Of a stretch of DNA of 64,000 nt, positions 42,801 through 54,573 are shown piece by piece. A program made the translations under genes and the position numbers. Source of the DNA: Octopus vulgaris (Eukaryota); the NCBI GenBank assembly GCA_951406725.2, contig OX597832.1:18972001-19036000 (forward strand), written 5' to 3'. Position 1 is the stretch's first letter. Each line of letters begins with the position of its first letter. The notes beneath the pieces are model-generated. The model was given only the letters and a program-made list of their open reading frames with translations, was not told where the DNA came from and did not search any database.

Positions 42801-45052
42801 TGTTTTGTGAATGAGTGGTCGGATGAGTGCACTGTACGTCGAGGATTGGAGAAGATCCGGTTTAATGAGGTGTTTTGTGAATGAGTGGTCGAATGAATGC
42901 ACTGTACGTCGAGGATTTGAGAAGATCCGGTTTTAATGAGGTATTTGGTGAATGAGTGGTCGAATGAGTGCACTGTACGTCGAGGATTTGAGAAGATCCG
43001 GTCTTAATGAGGTGTTTCGTGAATGAGTGGTCGAATGAGTGCACTGTACGTTGAGGGTTTGAGAAGATCCGGTCTTAATGAAGTGTTTGGTGAATGAGTT
43101 GTCGAATGAGCGCACTGTACGTCGAGGGTTTGAGAAGATCCGGTCTTAATGAGGTGTTTGGTGAATGAGTGGTCGAATGAGCGCACTGTACGTAGAGGGT
43201 TTGAGAAGATCCTGGTCTTAATGAGGTGTTTGGTGAATGAGTGGTCGAATGAGTGCACTGTACGTCGAGGATTTGAGAAGATCCGGTCTTAATGAGGTGT
43301 TTGGTGAATGAGTGGTCGAATGAGTGCACTGTACGTCGAGGATTTGAGAAGATCCGGTTTAATGAGGTGTTTGGTGAATGAGTGTTCGAATGAGTGCACT
43401 GTACGTCGAGGGTTTGAGAAGATCCGGTCTTAATGAGGTGTTTGGTGAATGAGTGGTCGACTGAGTGCACTGTACGTCGAGGATTGGAGAAGATCCTGTT
43501 TGATGAGGTGTTTGATGAATGAGTGGTCGAATGAGCGCACTGTACGTCGAGGATTTGAGAAGATCCGGTTTAATGAGGTGTTTTGTGAATGAGTGGTCGA
43601 ATGAGTGCACTGTACGTTGAGGATTTGAGAAGATCCGGTTTAATGAGGTGTTTGGTGAATGAGTGGTCAAATGAGTGCACTGTACGTCGAGGATTGGAGA
43701 AGATCCTGTTTAATGAGGTGTTTTGTGAATGAGTGGTCGAATGAGTGCACTGTACGTCGAGGGTTTGAGAAGATCCGGTCTTAATGAGGTGTTTGGTGAA
43801 TGAGTGGTCGAATGAGCGCACTGTACGTCGAGGGTTTGAGAAGATCCGGTCTTAATGAGGTGTTTGGTGAATGAGTGGTCGAATGAGTGCACTGTACGTC
43901 GAGGATCTGAGAAGATCCGGTTTAATGAGGTGTTTGTGAATGAGTGGTCGAATGAGTGCACTGTACGTCGAGGATTGGAGAAGATCCGGTCTTAATGAGG
44001 TGTTTGGTGAATGAGTGGTCGAATGAGCGCACTGTACGTCGAGGATTTGAGAAGATCCGGTCTTAATGAGGTGTTTGGTGAATGAGTGGTCGAATGAGTG
44101 CACTGTACGTCGAGGATTTGAGAAGATCCGGTCTTAATGAGGTGTTTGGTGAATGAGTGGTTGAATGAGTGCACTGTACGTCGAGGGTTTGAGAAGATCC
44201 GGTCTTAATGAGGTGTTTGGTGAATGAGTGGTCGAATGAGCGCACTGTACGTCGAGGATTGGAGAAGATCCGGTTTAATGAGGTGTTTGGTGAATGGGTG
44301 GTCGAATGAGTGCACTGTACGTCGAGGATTTGAGAAGATCCGGTTTAATGAGGTGTTTTTTGAATGAGTGGTCGAATGAGTGCACTGTACGTCGAGGATT
44401 GGAGAAGATCCGGTCTTAATGAGGTGTTTGGTGAATGAGTGGTCGAATGAGTGCACTGTCCGTCGAGGATTGGAGAAGATCCGGTTTAATGAGGTGTTTG
44501 GTGAATGGGTGGTCGAATGAATGCACTGTATGTCGAGGATTTGAGAAGATCCGGTCTTAATGAGGTGTTTTGTGAATGAGTGGTCGAATGAGTGCACTGT
44601 ACGTCGAGGATTGGAGAAGATCCGGTCTTAATGAGGTGTTTGGTGAATGAGTGGTCGAATGAATGCACTGTTCGTTGAGGGTTTGAGAAGATCCGGTCTT
44701 AATGAGGTGTTTGGTGAATGAGTGGTCGAATGAGCGCACTGTACGTCGACGGTTTGAGAAGATCCGGTCTTAATGAGGTGTTTGGTGAATGAGTGGTCGA
44801 ATGAGTGCACTGTACGTCGAGGATTGGAGAAGATCCGGGCTTAATGAGGTGTTTTGTAAATGAGTGGTCGAATGAGTACACTGTACGTCGAGGATTGGAG
44901 AAGATCCGGTTTAATGAGGTGTTTTTTGAATGAGTGGTCGAATGAGTGCACTGTAGGTCGAGGATTTGAGAAGATCCGGTCTTAATGAGGTGTTTTGTGA
45001 ATGAGCGGTCGAATGAGTGCACTGTACGTCGAGGCTTTGAGAAGATCCGGTC
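39824..45052 (+). repeat. Tandem satellite, about 74 copies of a 70/71-bp unit derived from mariner transposase HTH-coding sequence
   Basis: Unit TTAATGAGGTGTTTGGTGAATGAGTGGTCGAATGAGTGCACTGTACGTCGAGGATTTGAGAAGATCCGGT(C). Copy number estimated as 5229 bp divided by about 70.7. Units are head-to-tail with no spacers. Confidence 0.97.
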
Positions 45053-45925
45053 TGGTGACTTTACTCTTGAAAATCAGATTCCGAGTAGATATGAGACCTA
45101 GGTGGATAATGGTAATTTGGAAACTGCATTGGAAGCGGATACATCTCAAACTACGCGTGAGTTAGCACCAAGGTTTCGTGTTTCGATTCCAACTCTAATG
45201 GACCCTCTGAAACAAATCGGCAAAGTAAAAAAGCTGAACAAGTGGGTACCACACGAATTGAACGAGCATCATACGATAAGTCGTCTTCAAACTTGCTGTT
45301 CTTTTCTGTCACGGCATATACACGAACCCTTTTTGCATCGTATTATTACGTGTGACGAAAAATCGATTCATTTCAACAACAGCAAGCGTTCTGTTTGGTG
45401 GTTGGGTGGAGACGAAAGACCAAGACACAAGCCAAAAAAAGAAAATTCACCAAAAATGCTAATGGTTTGTATTTGGCTGTCCAGCGCTAGTGTCATCATT
45501 CACAGCTTCATGAGAGCTTGGAATTCAATTACAGCGGATATATACATCAACCACTTGGATGAAATGATGAGTGAACTTGCAATTAAGCAACCGAGATTGA
45601 CCAATAAAGACAGAGCAATTACCTTGCAAGTCAATGCTCGATACACATATTGCACAAAGACCGCTACTGAAGGTAGCGGAACTGACCTTTGAAGTACTCT
45701 TTCATCCACCATATTCACCAAATATCGCACCAACTGACTATCACGTTTTCTAGGTGTTAGGCAACGTTTTGCAAGGAAAAAGCTTCAAATCTGAAGAAGA
45801 TTTAAAAAGAAAAAGTTTCGTGAATTTATCACATCTTGCTCTCCAGAATTCTTCGCTGCCGTGATAAACAAACTACAGATTGAATGACAAAATTGCATTG
45901 ATAATTTAAGTGCATACTTGATTAA
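45053..45925 (+). pseudogene. Mariner DD34D transposase pseudogene (linker and catalytic domain)
   Basis: ORF 45102-45692 has KWVPHELNE, FLHRIITCDEKSI and a degenerate LQVNARY. Frameshifted PPYSPNIAPTDYH follows. Confidence 0.9.
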
Positions 45926-45995
45926 CTGCATTGCTTTTTGTTGTGATGATGTTAACTTTTGGTTCAAAATCTGACATTTCATTCATAATGACATG

Positions 45996-46049
<54 letters not shown>

Positions 46050-46106
46050 GTTTAAATATATGTTTTGCAAGATTTTTTATGTGAAGTCGTGTGTTGAAAC
46101 AGATAT

Positions 46107-46279
46107 TGTTATATTTCGGAATGGTCATTTTGCCAGTTTAGGAGTGTGACGAAAGAACTCTGGCCGAAATAAGATTAAGATTAATGTAAAAAATAAATAT
46201 CACTGAAGCAAAATAACACCAAATATATAGTGCGTGTGTTTTTATTGGCTAAACTGGCAATATGACCATTCCGAAATGT

Positions 46280-46283
<4 letters not shown>
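46107..46283. repeat. 177-bp foldback with 35-bp inverted arms
   Basis: 46107-46141 TGTTATATTTCGGAATGGTCATTTTGCCAGTTTAG versus the reverse complement of 46249-46283: 33/35. Confidence 0.8.
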
Positions 46284-46358
<75 letters not shown>

Positions 46359-46379
46359 ATACATATATATATATACATA

Positions 46380-47692
46380 TTAAGTCGTCAAGTAGGACAT
46401 GTGTAGTAAGGTATATTGTCAATTTTGACCACTGCTCATTTTGCGTTTTATAAAGTATTCATAAATAATTTTTCTATTTTTGTTTAGAGATGGATAAGTC
46501 AGAAATTCGTACAGTTTTGAAATATGAGTTCTTTCTTGGAAATAGAGCATCACAGACAGCTCGGAATATTAATGGAATATTTCATTCTAATACTATTACA
46601 CAGCAGGCACTATCAAATTGGTTTGTAAAATTTCGTTCTGGTAAACTTGTCCTCACAAATGAACAATGCGCTCGACCGGAAACAAAGGTGGATAATGACG
46701 AATTGAAAGCCACCATTGAGTAAGATCCATTTCAAAGAGCTCGTGAATTATTGTTGTTGTTTGGTGTTAGCAAGCAAACAAAATGGACTCACCTAGTTCA
46801 AATCGGGGAAGGGAAAAGTTCGATAAGTGGGTTCCACATGAATTCAATGAAAATCAGAAACAGCAACGTTTTGCTACTTTCTCGTCACAAAAATAAATCA
46901 TTATTGAATCGAACTGTAACATGTGATGAGAAATGGATCCATACAACAACAGTAAACGTTCAGCACAATGGCTGGATAAAGACGAGACCAAAACGTATTC
47001 CAAAAGCAAAATTCATAAAAAAATGCTGATGGTGTGTGTTTGGTGGTCTGGCGTAGGTGTGAACTATTATGATTTCATTAAACCTGGTTCATCAATCACG
47101 GCCGAATTATACTGCAGCCAAGTGCACCAAATGATGCAGAAACCTACGAAAAAAACAACCTAGATTGGTCAACAGATCCACTCCTGTTTTATTGCCCGAT
47201 AACACCAGACCATACATCGTAAAATGACATTGGCGAAACTACAGTAGTTTGAGTTGTAAGTTCTCCATCATCCACTATAATCACCTGATCTTGCCCCCAC
47301 TTAACACCACTTTTTCCAGAATTTGGATAACTCTTTGACAGGAAAAAAAATTTAATTCCGACGATGCTGTAAAGCAAGGCTTCCAAGATTTTATTGACTC
47401 TAGATTACTAGACTTTACAGGTCCTGGCTGGATAAGCAACGGCTGAAATGGCAAAAGTGTATTTGTTCCTTTATTACCCACAAGGAGCTAAACATACAGG
47501 GGACAAATAAGAACAGTCAAACGGATTAAGTCGATTACATCGACCCCAGTGCGTAACTGGAACTTAATTTATCGACCCCGAAAGGATGAAAGGCAAAGTC
47601 AACCTCGGCGGAATTTGAACTCAGAACGTAACGGCAGACGAAATACGGCTACGCATTTCGCCCGGCAAAAGTGTATTGACAATATGGTTGCA
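46380..47692 (+). mobile_element. Second decayed mariner element (related family), interrupted by a SINE
   Basis: MDKSEIRTVLKYEFFLGNRASQTARNIN...WFVKFRSG (46490), KWVPHEF, VTCDEKW, SPDLAP, KWQKCI|DNMVAY. Multiple stops and frameshifts. Confidence 0.9.
47464..47663 (-). mobile_element. 5'-truncated SINE family C inserted in the mariner, with 14-bp TSD
   Basis: Close match to 28570-28770. Flanked by GGCAAAAGTGTATT at 47450-47463 and 47664-47677. Confidence 0.92.
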
Positions 47693-48446
47693 TATATATA
47701 TATAATGAATATAAATATGCATATAATATACATCTCATAGAATTATGAATATTACCTTCACAAGAAGGTTTCTAATTACATCAAGGGTATTCTAAGTGCC
47801 CTATTCTAGAACTGAACGTGCCAAAGATAAGTGAAACGTACTACAGTGTAAGTACTTGCAGAAATAATATTGTAATTAGGACAAATGAAATTATATTCTT
47901 TATCATTTTTCGTCGTCAGATTTCAAATCAGTATTATTTACGATTGCATGAGTGTAATTTGGTTACAATATACTGCGTCATCTTGCATGACATAATTCAA
48001 CAATGTTTTTGGGACACGACACGTAAAAAATATGTCTGACTAATGGATTATTACACGATAATTTCAAACACCGGTACAAGGTCAAGCGTTGAGAGACAGG
48101 ATATAATCTATTATCATCAACCCTAAAATTTTGAGAGTAGATATTTATAACGACCTTGGAAATTTGAAACAAAAAACTGAAGACAGGAGGAGTTGAACAC
48201 TCAATAAATACGAAAGAAATGAAATACTATATATAATTTTTTACGGCACAGTACCAATGCGTCACATTAACGATATAGTTAAAAGTTATAAGATTTTTTT
48301 GACACATACGAGCGCATTTCTTTACATATATATATACCTGTATACATGAACACATACAAGCAAACATATGGGTATGTATATATCTATATAAATACCTATA
48401 TATAAGCCTATATATATATATACATATATATATGCACATACACACC

Positions 48447-48500
<54 letters not shown>

Positions 48501-48519
48501 GACGCTCGCATATATGTTA

Positions 48520-48557
<38 letters not shown>

Positions 48558-49291
48558 CATATATATATACATACATATAACAGATATAATATATACGTTC
48601 ACTTACCTATATAAAGACTGTGGGGCGCAAGAAGATGATGGTAGTCCGTCATTGACACGCATATTGTCTATGCAGTTCAGTAATTCGTTGCAATAAATAT
48701 TGAATATATTTATTAAAATTCGTATATCTAGTTATCTACTTTGAACCTTGTCTTAAGAGATATACGTGTGCCCCCTTAAGTGAAATAAACTTGTTTCTTA
48801 TATATTTTTATATTAATCAATAAACTGAAGTTATACACTTCAATACAAGTCTATGCTAATTTCTTCTTTTTTTTTATCGTTTTTAATTTATATTTCTATA
48901 TGTATGTAATTTAAATGTGTTCATGCTGTTGGTTTCGAAAATGTCAAGCCGGAGGTCATATCTTTGCAACATATTACTACATCGCAATATAAATTTATAC
49001 TACGATATAGTATGTTCGTGGAATATATCTAATAAAACGGTGCAATCCAAATTTCATAGTGTTGTTAATAAATATAGATGTGGTAAAGAAAATATACAAA
49101 ACACAATCATACACAAACAATATTTCAATTTAGATGGTGTATTTAACGTCCATATGCCATCGTATTAACTTCCTTAAATCAATTGGAACCAAACATTTTC
49201 CTGAATTTGGTAACAATTCCGTATTGGTTGCAAAACTTTTCTATATATTAACTATGTGAGTAGGTGCGTAAAATATTAGAGTCTGAAGTTG

Positions 49292-49332
<41 letters not shown>

Positions 49333-49359
49333 GCAGTCTGAAGTTCTATACACAAACAA

Positions 49360-49390
<31 letters not shown>

Positions 49391-49399
49391 CACACAGAG

Positions 49400-49405
49400 G
49401 CAGAC

Positions 49406-49455
<50 letters not shown>

Positions 49456-49462
49456 ATCGATT

Positions 49463-49528
<66 letters not shown>

Positions 49529-49529
49529 C

Positions 49530-49575
<46 letters not shown>

Positions 49576-49585
49576 ATCGATTGTC

Positions 49586-49664
<79 letters not shown>

Positions 49665-49668
49665 TAGA
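49400..49668. repeat. (GATA)n/(GACA)n microsatellite
   Basis: Direct reading. Confidence 0.95.
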
Positions 49669-49719
49669 TTTTATTCTATAAATGTGATTTGGGTCGAAAT
49701 ATTTAAATACAGTTTTATT

Positions 49720-50111
49720 CTTTTATCTTGTTTCAGTAATTTCACTGCGGTCATGATGGAGCACCGCCTTTAGTCGCGGAAATCTACCCCAGGACTTATT
49801 CTTTGTAAGCCTAGTACTGATTCTATCGGTTTCTCTTGCCGAACCGCTAAGTGACTGGGACGTAAACACTAGCATCTGTTGTCAAGCGATGTTGGTGGGG
49901 GGGACAAACACAGACACACAAACATATACATACACGTATATATATCGACGGGGTTCTTTCTTTTCCGTATAACAAATCTATTCACAAGGCTTTGGTCGGC
50001 CCGAGGCTATAGTAGAAGACACTTGCCCATGATATCACGGAATGGGACTGAACTCGGAACCATGTGGTTGGTAAGCAAGCCACTTCTTACCACACAACCA
50101 CTCCTGCGCCT
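49720..50111 (-). mobile_element. SINE family B, full-length, probable 9-bp TSD
   Basis: Reverse-complement match to 25850-26252. AGTTTTATT at 49711-49719 and 50114-50122. Confidence 0.9.
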
Positions 50112-50269
50112 ATAGTTTTATTAATAAAATTCATATATCATATTTTCAGATAGCGTGAATATACTTCAGTTTATTTTCATGTTGTGTTGTTTTCAGACCA
50201 TGGAAGACTTACCACTATAGTGATAAGATATTGCCGTAGTTGACGTTTAGTCTGTTTTAATTATATATT

Positions 50270-50430
50270 AATACAAAAGACGAAGACGGTTGTGTAAACA
50301 TCAAACAGATGTATTAGTTTAACGCTCGTGAATTGAGAAGCTGTTTTACGTTTCGAGCCTACACTCTTCAACAGAAAGGAACACAGAAATAAGCACAGAG
50401 AAGAAATAAAAAAAGGTTTAGTGGATACCG
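50270..50430 (-). mobile_element. Penelope-like terminal fragment with degenerate hammerhead-like motif
   Basis: Minus strand 50344-50378 CTTT-CTGTTGA-A-GAGT-GTAG-GCTC-GAAA-CGT-A-AAA; same layout as 989-1023. Confidence 0.35.
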
Positions 50431-50434
50431 ATCT

Positions 50435-50560
50435 ATAAGAGTGTATAAAGATTTATACACGGAGAGAAGACTTGTAACAAGACTGCTTACATGCTAGAAA
50501 ACAAGTAAGAAATCCTGTCATGGGTCTTCTTTCCGTGTATAAATCTTTATACACTCTTAT
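50435..50560. repeat. 126-bp hairpin / MITE-like element with 37-bp arms
   Basis: 50435-50471 versus the reverse complement of 50524-50560: 36/37. Each arm contains the palindrome GTGTATAAA-NN-TTTATACAC. Confidence 0.85.
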
Positions 50561-51120
50561 GTAAATCATTATGTTATGACTTATGTTACGCATGCAAACC
50601 TATGATGATAAATTATTTTAATTTGTTACCCTTGTACTTCTACTTATATGATCAGGTCCTAAAGAATGAAATGTCGTATTTTGAACCGAAAGTTTAGTTT
50701 ATTTTATCTCAACAAAAAGCAATGCATTTAGACAAAGTATGCACATAAATTATCAACACAAGCTTGGTGCACAAGATAGTCGGACATTTTCTTTTATATA
50801 TATATTGAGAGATAGATAGACAAATGGAAAGATAGATAGATTCAGATGAATTAGGTACTTAAGTTGAAGCACCAAAAATTAGTGCAGTGTTCTCAGTACA
50901 ACTTCAAAATAAGGGGAATAAGATCAAAGTAAAATCAACATAAACAACAGGATATCCTGTTGCTTATTTTAATAGACACGCACGCGCGCGCACACACTCA
51001 CACAAAATTATGCCTGTATTTTGTATTGCATATACGACAGAGATCGATATTATATCGTGTTTCCATAGTTTGCTGGAAATATTGTATTTTTAGCTGGAAA
51101 TATTGCATTTTATTTTAGAA

Positions 51121-51365
51121 AAACAAACCTTCTAAAGGGACGATATGAACGGGATGGGCTATACAACCTGAAGAAAATACTAAATGGGCCCAACCTGCAA
51201 GGTTTTGCACTGTTTATCTTGATATGAGATCATCATGTTGCACCCATAAGTTTGTGATCCATGTGTCTGGTGTGCCCTTATCAGACGAGTAGTCATGATT
51301 GGTATATTGGGCATCGTATGTTTTATCCCATCGTCACTTTGATGGCATGCACTTCTCTCTCACTC

Positions 51366-51366
<1 letters not shown>
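51121..51366 (+). mobile_element. Interspersed repeat family D, 5'-truncated, with (TAA)n tail
   Basis: Matches the 3' half of 20118-20626 and is followed directly by (TAA)n. Confidence 0.75.
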
Positions 51367-51425
<59 letters not shown>

Positions 51426-51426
51426 C

Positions 51427-51478
<52 letters not shown>

Positions 51479-51574
51479 TGATGATGATTATGATGATTAT
51501 GATGATGATGATAATAACAATAACAATAATAATGATGTTGATGATGAAGAGGAGGAACAGGGGAAGGAGGAGGA

Positions 51575-51787
51575 GAAGAAGAAGAAGAAGAAGAAAAAGA
51601 CGAAGAAGAAGAAGAAGAAGAAGAAGAAGAAGAAGAAGAACGGTAGAAGAAGAACGGTAGAAGAAGAAGAAGAAGAACGGTAGTAGTAGAAGAAGAAGAA
51701 GAAGAAGAAGAAGAAGAAGAAGAAGAAGAAGAAGAAGAAGAAGAAGAAGAAGAAGAAGAAGAAGAAGAAGAAGAAGAAGAAGAAGAA
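51575..51787. repeat. (GAA)n microsatellite
   Basis: Direct reading. Confidence 0.95.
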
Positions 51788-52051
51788 ATACAAGAGTAGC
51801 ACACTCGACGGAAATCACAAAAAATTCAGACGCGAATACGAAAAAGTTCCCTTGCATGAACGCTTTATCGAAAAGCAAATGTCAGTTGTGGCTGGATTGA
51901 TCAGTATTCCTCATAGCGTCGGTAAAAAACAAAGGTCAGTAGGAGAGAAGAACTACTTAAACACACAATAGAAGTATGTCTTGATTGTGTGCAACATGAA
52001 GAGAAGAACAAAGATGAAAGCAAGTTACTTGTATGAAAACAACGAAGAACT

Positions 52052-52294
52052 GTGGAGGCGCAATGGCCCAGTGGTTAGGGCAGCGGACTTGCGGTCGGAG
52101 GATCGCGGTTTCGATTCCCAGACCGGGCGTTGTGTGTGTTTATTGAGCGAAAACACCTAAAAAGCTCCACGAGGCTCCGGCAGGGGATGGTGGTGATCCC
52201 TGCTGTACTCTTTCACCACTCTAAAGGCGGTGCTCCAGCATGGCCGCAGTCAAATGACTGAAACAAGTACAAAAAAAAAAAAAAAAAAAAAAAA
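52052..52294 (+). mobile_element. Chimeric SINE: family A head, family B/LINE-type tail and poly(A)
   Basis: GTGGAGGCGCAATGGCCCAGTGG...CTCTTTCACCACT joined at about 52221 to CTAAAGGCGGTGCTCCAGCATGGCCGCAGTCAAATGACTGAAACAAG, followed by an A-run. Confidence 0.88.
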
Positions 52295-52718
52295 CTACAA
52301 AAATATGCAATGAATCGGAAAATTCCAGGCATTGAAAATGTGAAAAAAAAAAAAAAAAAAAAAAATATGACTTTATGCAAAGTGTTTGGAGTGGAAACTT
52401 GGCGATTGAGTCTCAGGATTTGTGTTTGGCTGCAAAAGATCAAGCATGAAACACTAGATTCGTGAGTATGGATATTTATTTCACTGCTTCGACGAACAGG
52501 AGCAACATCGATCATGGAGGAGTTTCTGCATGTTGTAACACTTTAAGAAATAACTGGTGTATTGGAAAAAAATAGTGCTTTACATGGAACTACTGGCACA
52601 CTGCGTAAAATACAGTATTAGGTGCTTGTTAAGACTTGACAGTACAATTCTCTGGTACTCAGAATAACTTCACTGTCCAACTTATTCAATACTACTACTA
52701 TTACTACTACTACTACTG

Positions 52719-52803
<85 letters not shown>

Positions 52804-52826
52804 TGATGATGATGATGATGATGATG

Positions 52827-52875
<49 letters not shown>

Positions 52876-52916
52876 TAATAATAATAATAATTATAATGAT
52901 GATGATGCTGATGATG

Positions 52917-52974
<58 letters not shown>

Positions 52975-53976
52975 GGTACACTAATATGCATTAGAGAGAA
53001 TCACTTCATAATCTCTGAAATACAATACTAATAGAAAACAAATTAAAATTGGAATCTATGTAACAAAGTAAACTATACAAGAACTAAAAATAGATCTCAC
53101 TGAATTAAATGAAATTATTTACGCAGCGGCTTAGACAATTCAAACCAGTTCTATGCCTCTGAAAAAAAAAGTACGAAGAAACAAGCCGCATATTCACGTT
53201 CATATTTTGGATTTGAATATCTATGATTTTGAAATTTTACCACTTTTAGTTTTCAACTCGGAAAAGACAAGCTAGCTGCCAAAATATCGTTCAAAGATAT
53301 CTATTGGCAATCGCATCACTCTCTTCGTATCATCTATTTAACTTTGAGAAGAGTTGCGTCTTTTTAAGATATAGTAATGATAATTATAATAATAATAACA
53401 ACAACAACAATATTATATATTATATTTACAACAACAACAGCAACAAAAACAACAGCAGTAATTAACGTGATAGTGTTGCTGATCCTATTGATTATTGAAT
53501 GATGAAGATGATGATAATGATGTTGATGATAACGACGACGACGATGACGAAAACGATGACCAAGATAATGATGATGATGATGATGATAATGATGATGATT
53601 GTGGTGGTGGTAGTGGTGGTGGTGGTGATGGTGGCGATGAGAATGATGCAGATGATGACGACAGCAATGATGATGGTGATGATACGATGATGACGAATAA
53701 AGTCTTATTTATAATGGAAATATAAAGAGTGTCCTGAGCGAAAACACAAAACCAATTTTTACTGGACAAAAAACCACAACATATCAACTAAAATAAAGAA
53801 AATAAAGAAAGACGAAGACAGGTGGAGTACAAACAAACAAATCTATTAGTATGGCGCACACACACGCACACACACACACACACACGCGCGCAGACATACG
53901 CACAAACACATGCATATCTATGTCTACTTTGTATACAATGTATACATACATGGAGACATATGTCGGTGTGTACGTA

Positions 53977-54013
<37 letters not shown>

Positions 54014-54045
54014 ACATACACACACACATATATATATGTACATGT

Positions 54046-54094
<49 letters not shown>

Positions 54095-54350
54095 TCAATA
54101 AAAGCTTGCGCAAGCTTGCGTGTTTCTTAACGCTCTTATTCAACATATTCATTAAAACACCCTGTGCTTTTAGTATAACGTATATGCAAAGACATATATA
54201 TATATATAAGTGTGCGTCTGAGTGTGTACATATATATGCATATATATATGTATTTACATATGTATATACACATATACAGACATATCTATACATTTATGTG
54301 TGAATGTGTTTCTCTGAATCTATTTTGATTTGCCTATGCTACTTTGGTTT

Positions 54351-54573
<223 letters not shown>

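Larger units (their letters stand above)
39566..45998 (+). mobile_element. Decayed mariner element expanded to about 6.4 kb by an internal tandem array
   Basis: From about 39744 it reads SNIRVVYEYRFRRGINACQTA*NINEVFGE, then the array, then resumes as RSGDFTLENQ. Downstream are WVPHEL, RIITCDEK and PPYSPNIAPTDYH. Degenerate TIR-like ends CATT..AATGA(T/A)ATGTC(C/A)GA lie next to (TA)n on both sides. Confidence 0.9.

Noticed and set aside
39864-45022. Family of His/Ser/Thr-rich minus-strand ORFs (MHSFDHSFTKHLIK...)
   Set aside because: These are antisense translations of the satellite. The frame shifts with each 70/71-bp unit and many starts are alternative (GTG) codons.
39824-45052. CRISPR array
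   Set aside because: The units abut with no unique spacers, there are no cas genes, the context is eukaryotic, and the unit is transposase sequence.
52052-52130. Functional tRNA genes at SINE heads
   Set aside because: A and B boxes are present, but the sequences continue into SINE bodies, recur as diverged copies and do not form a full cloverleaf that I can verify.
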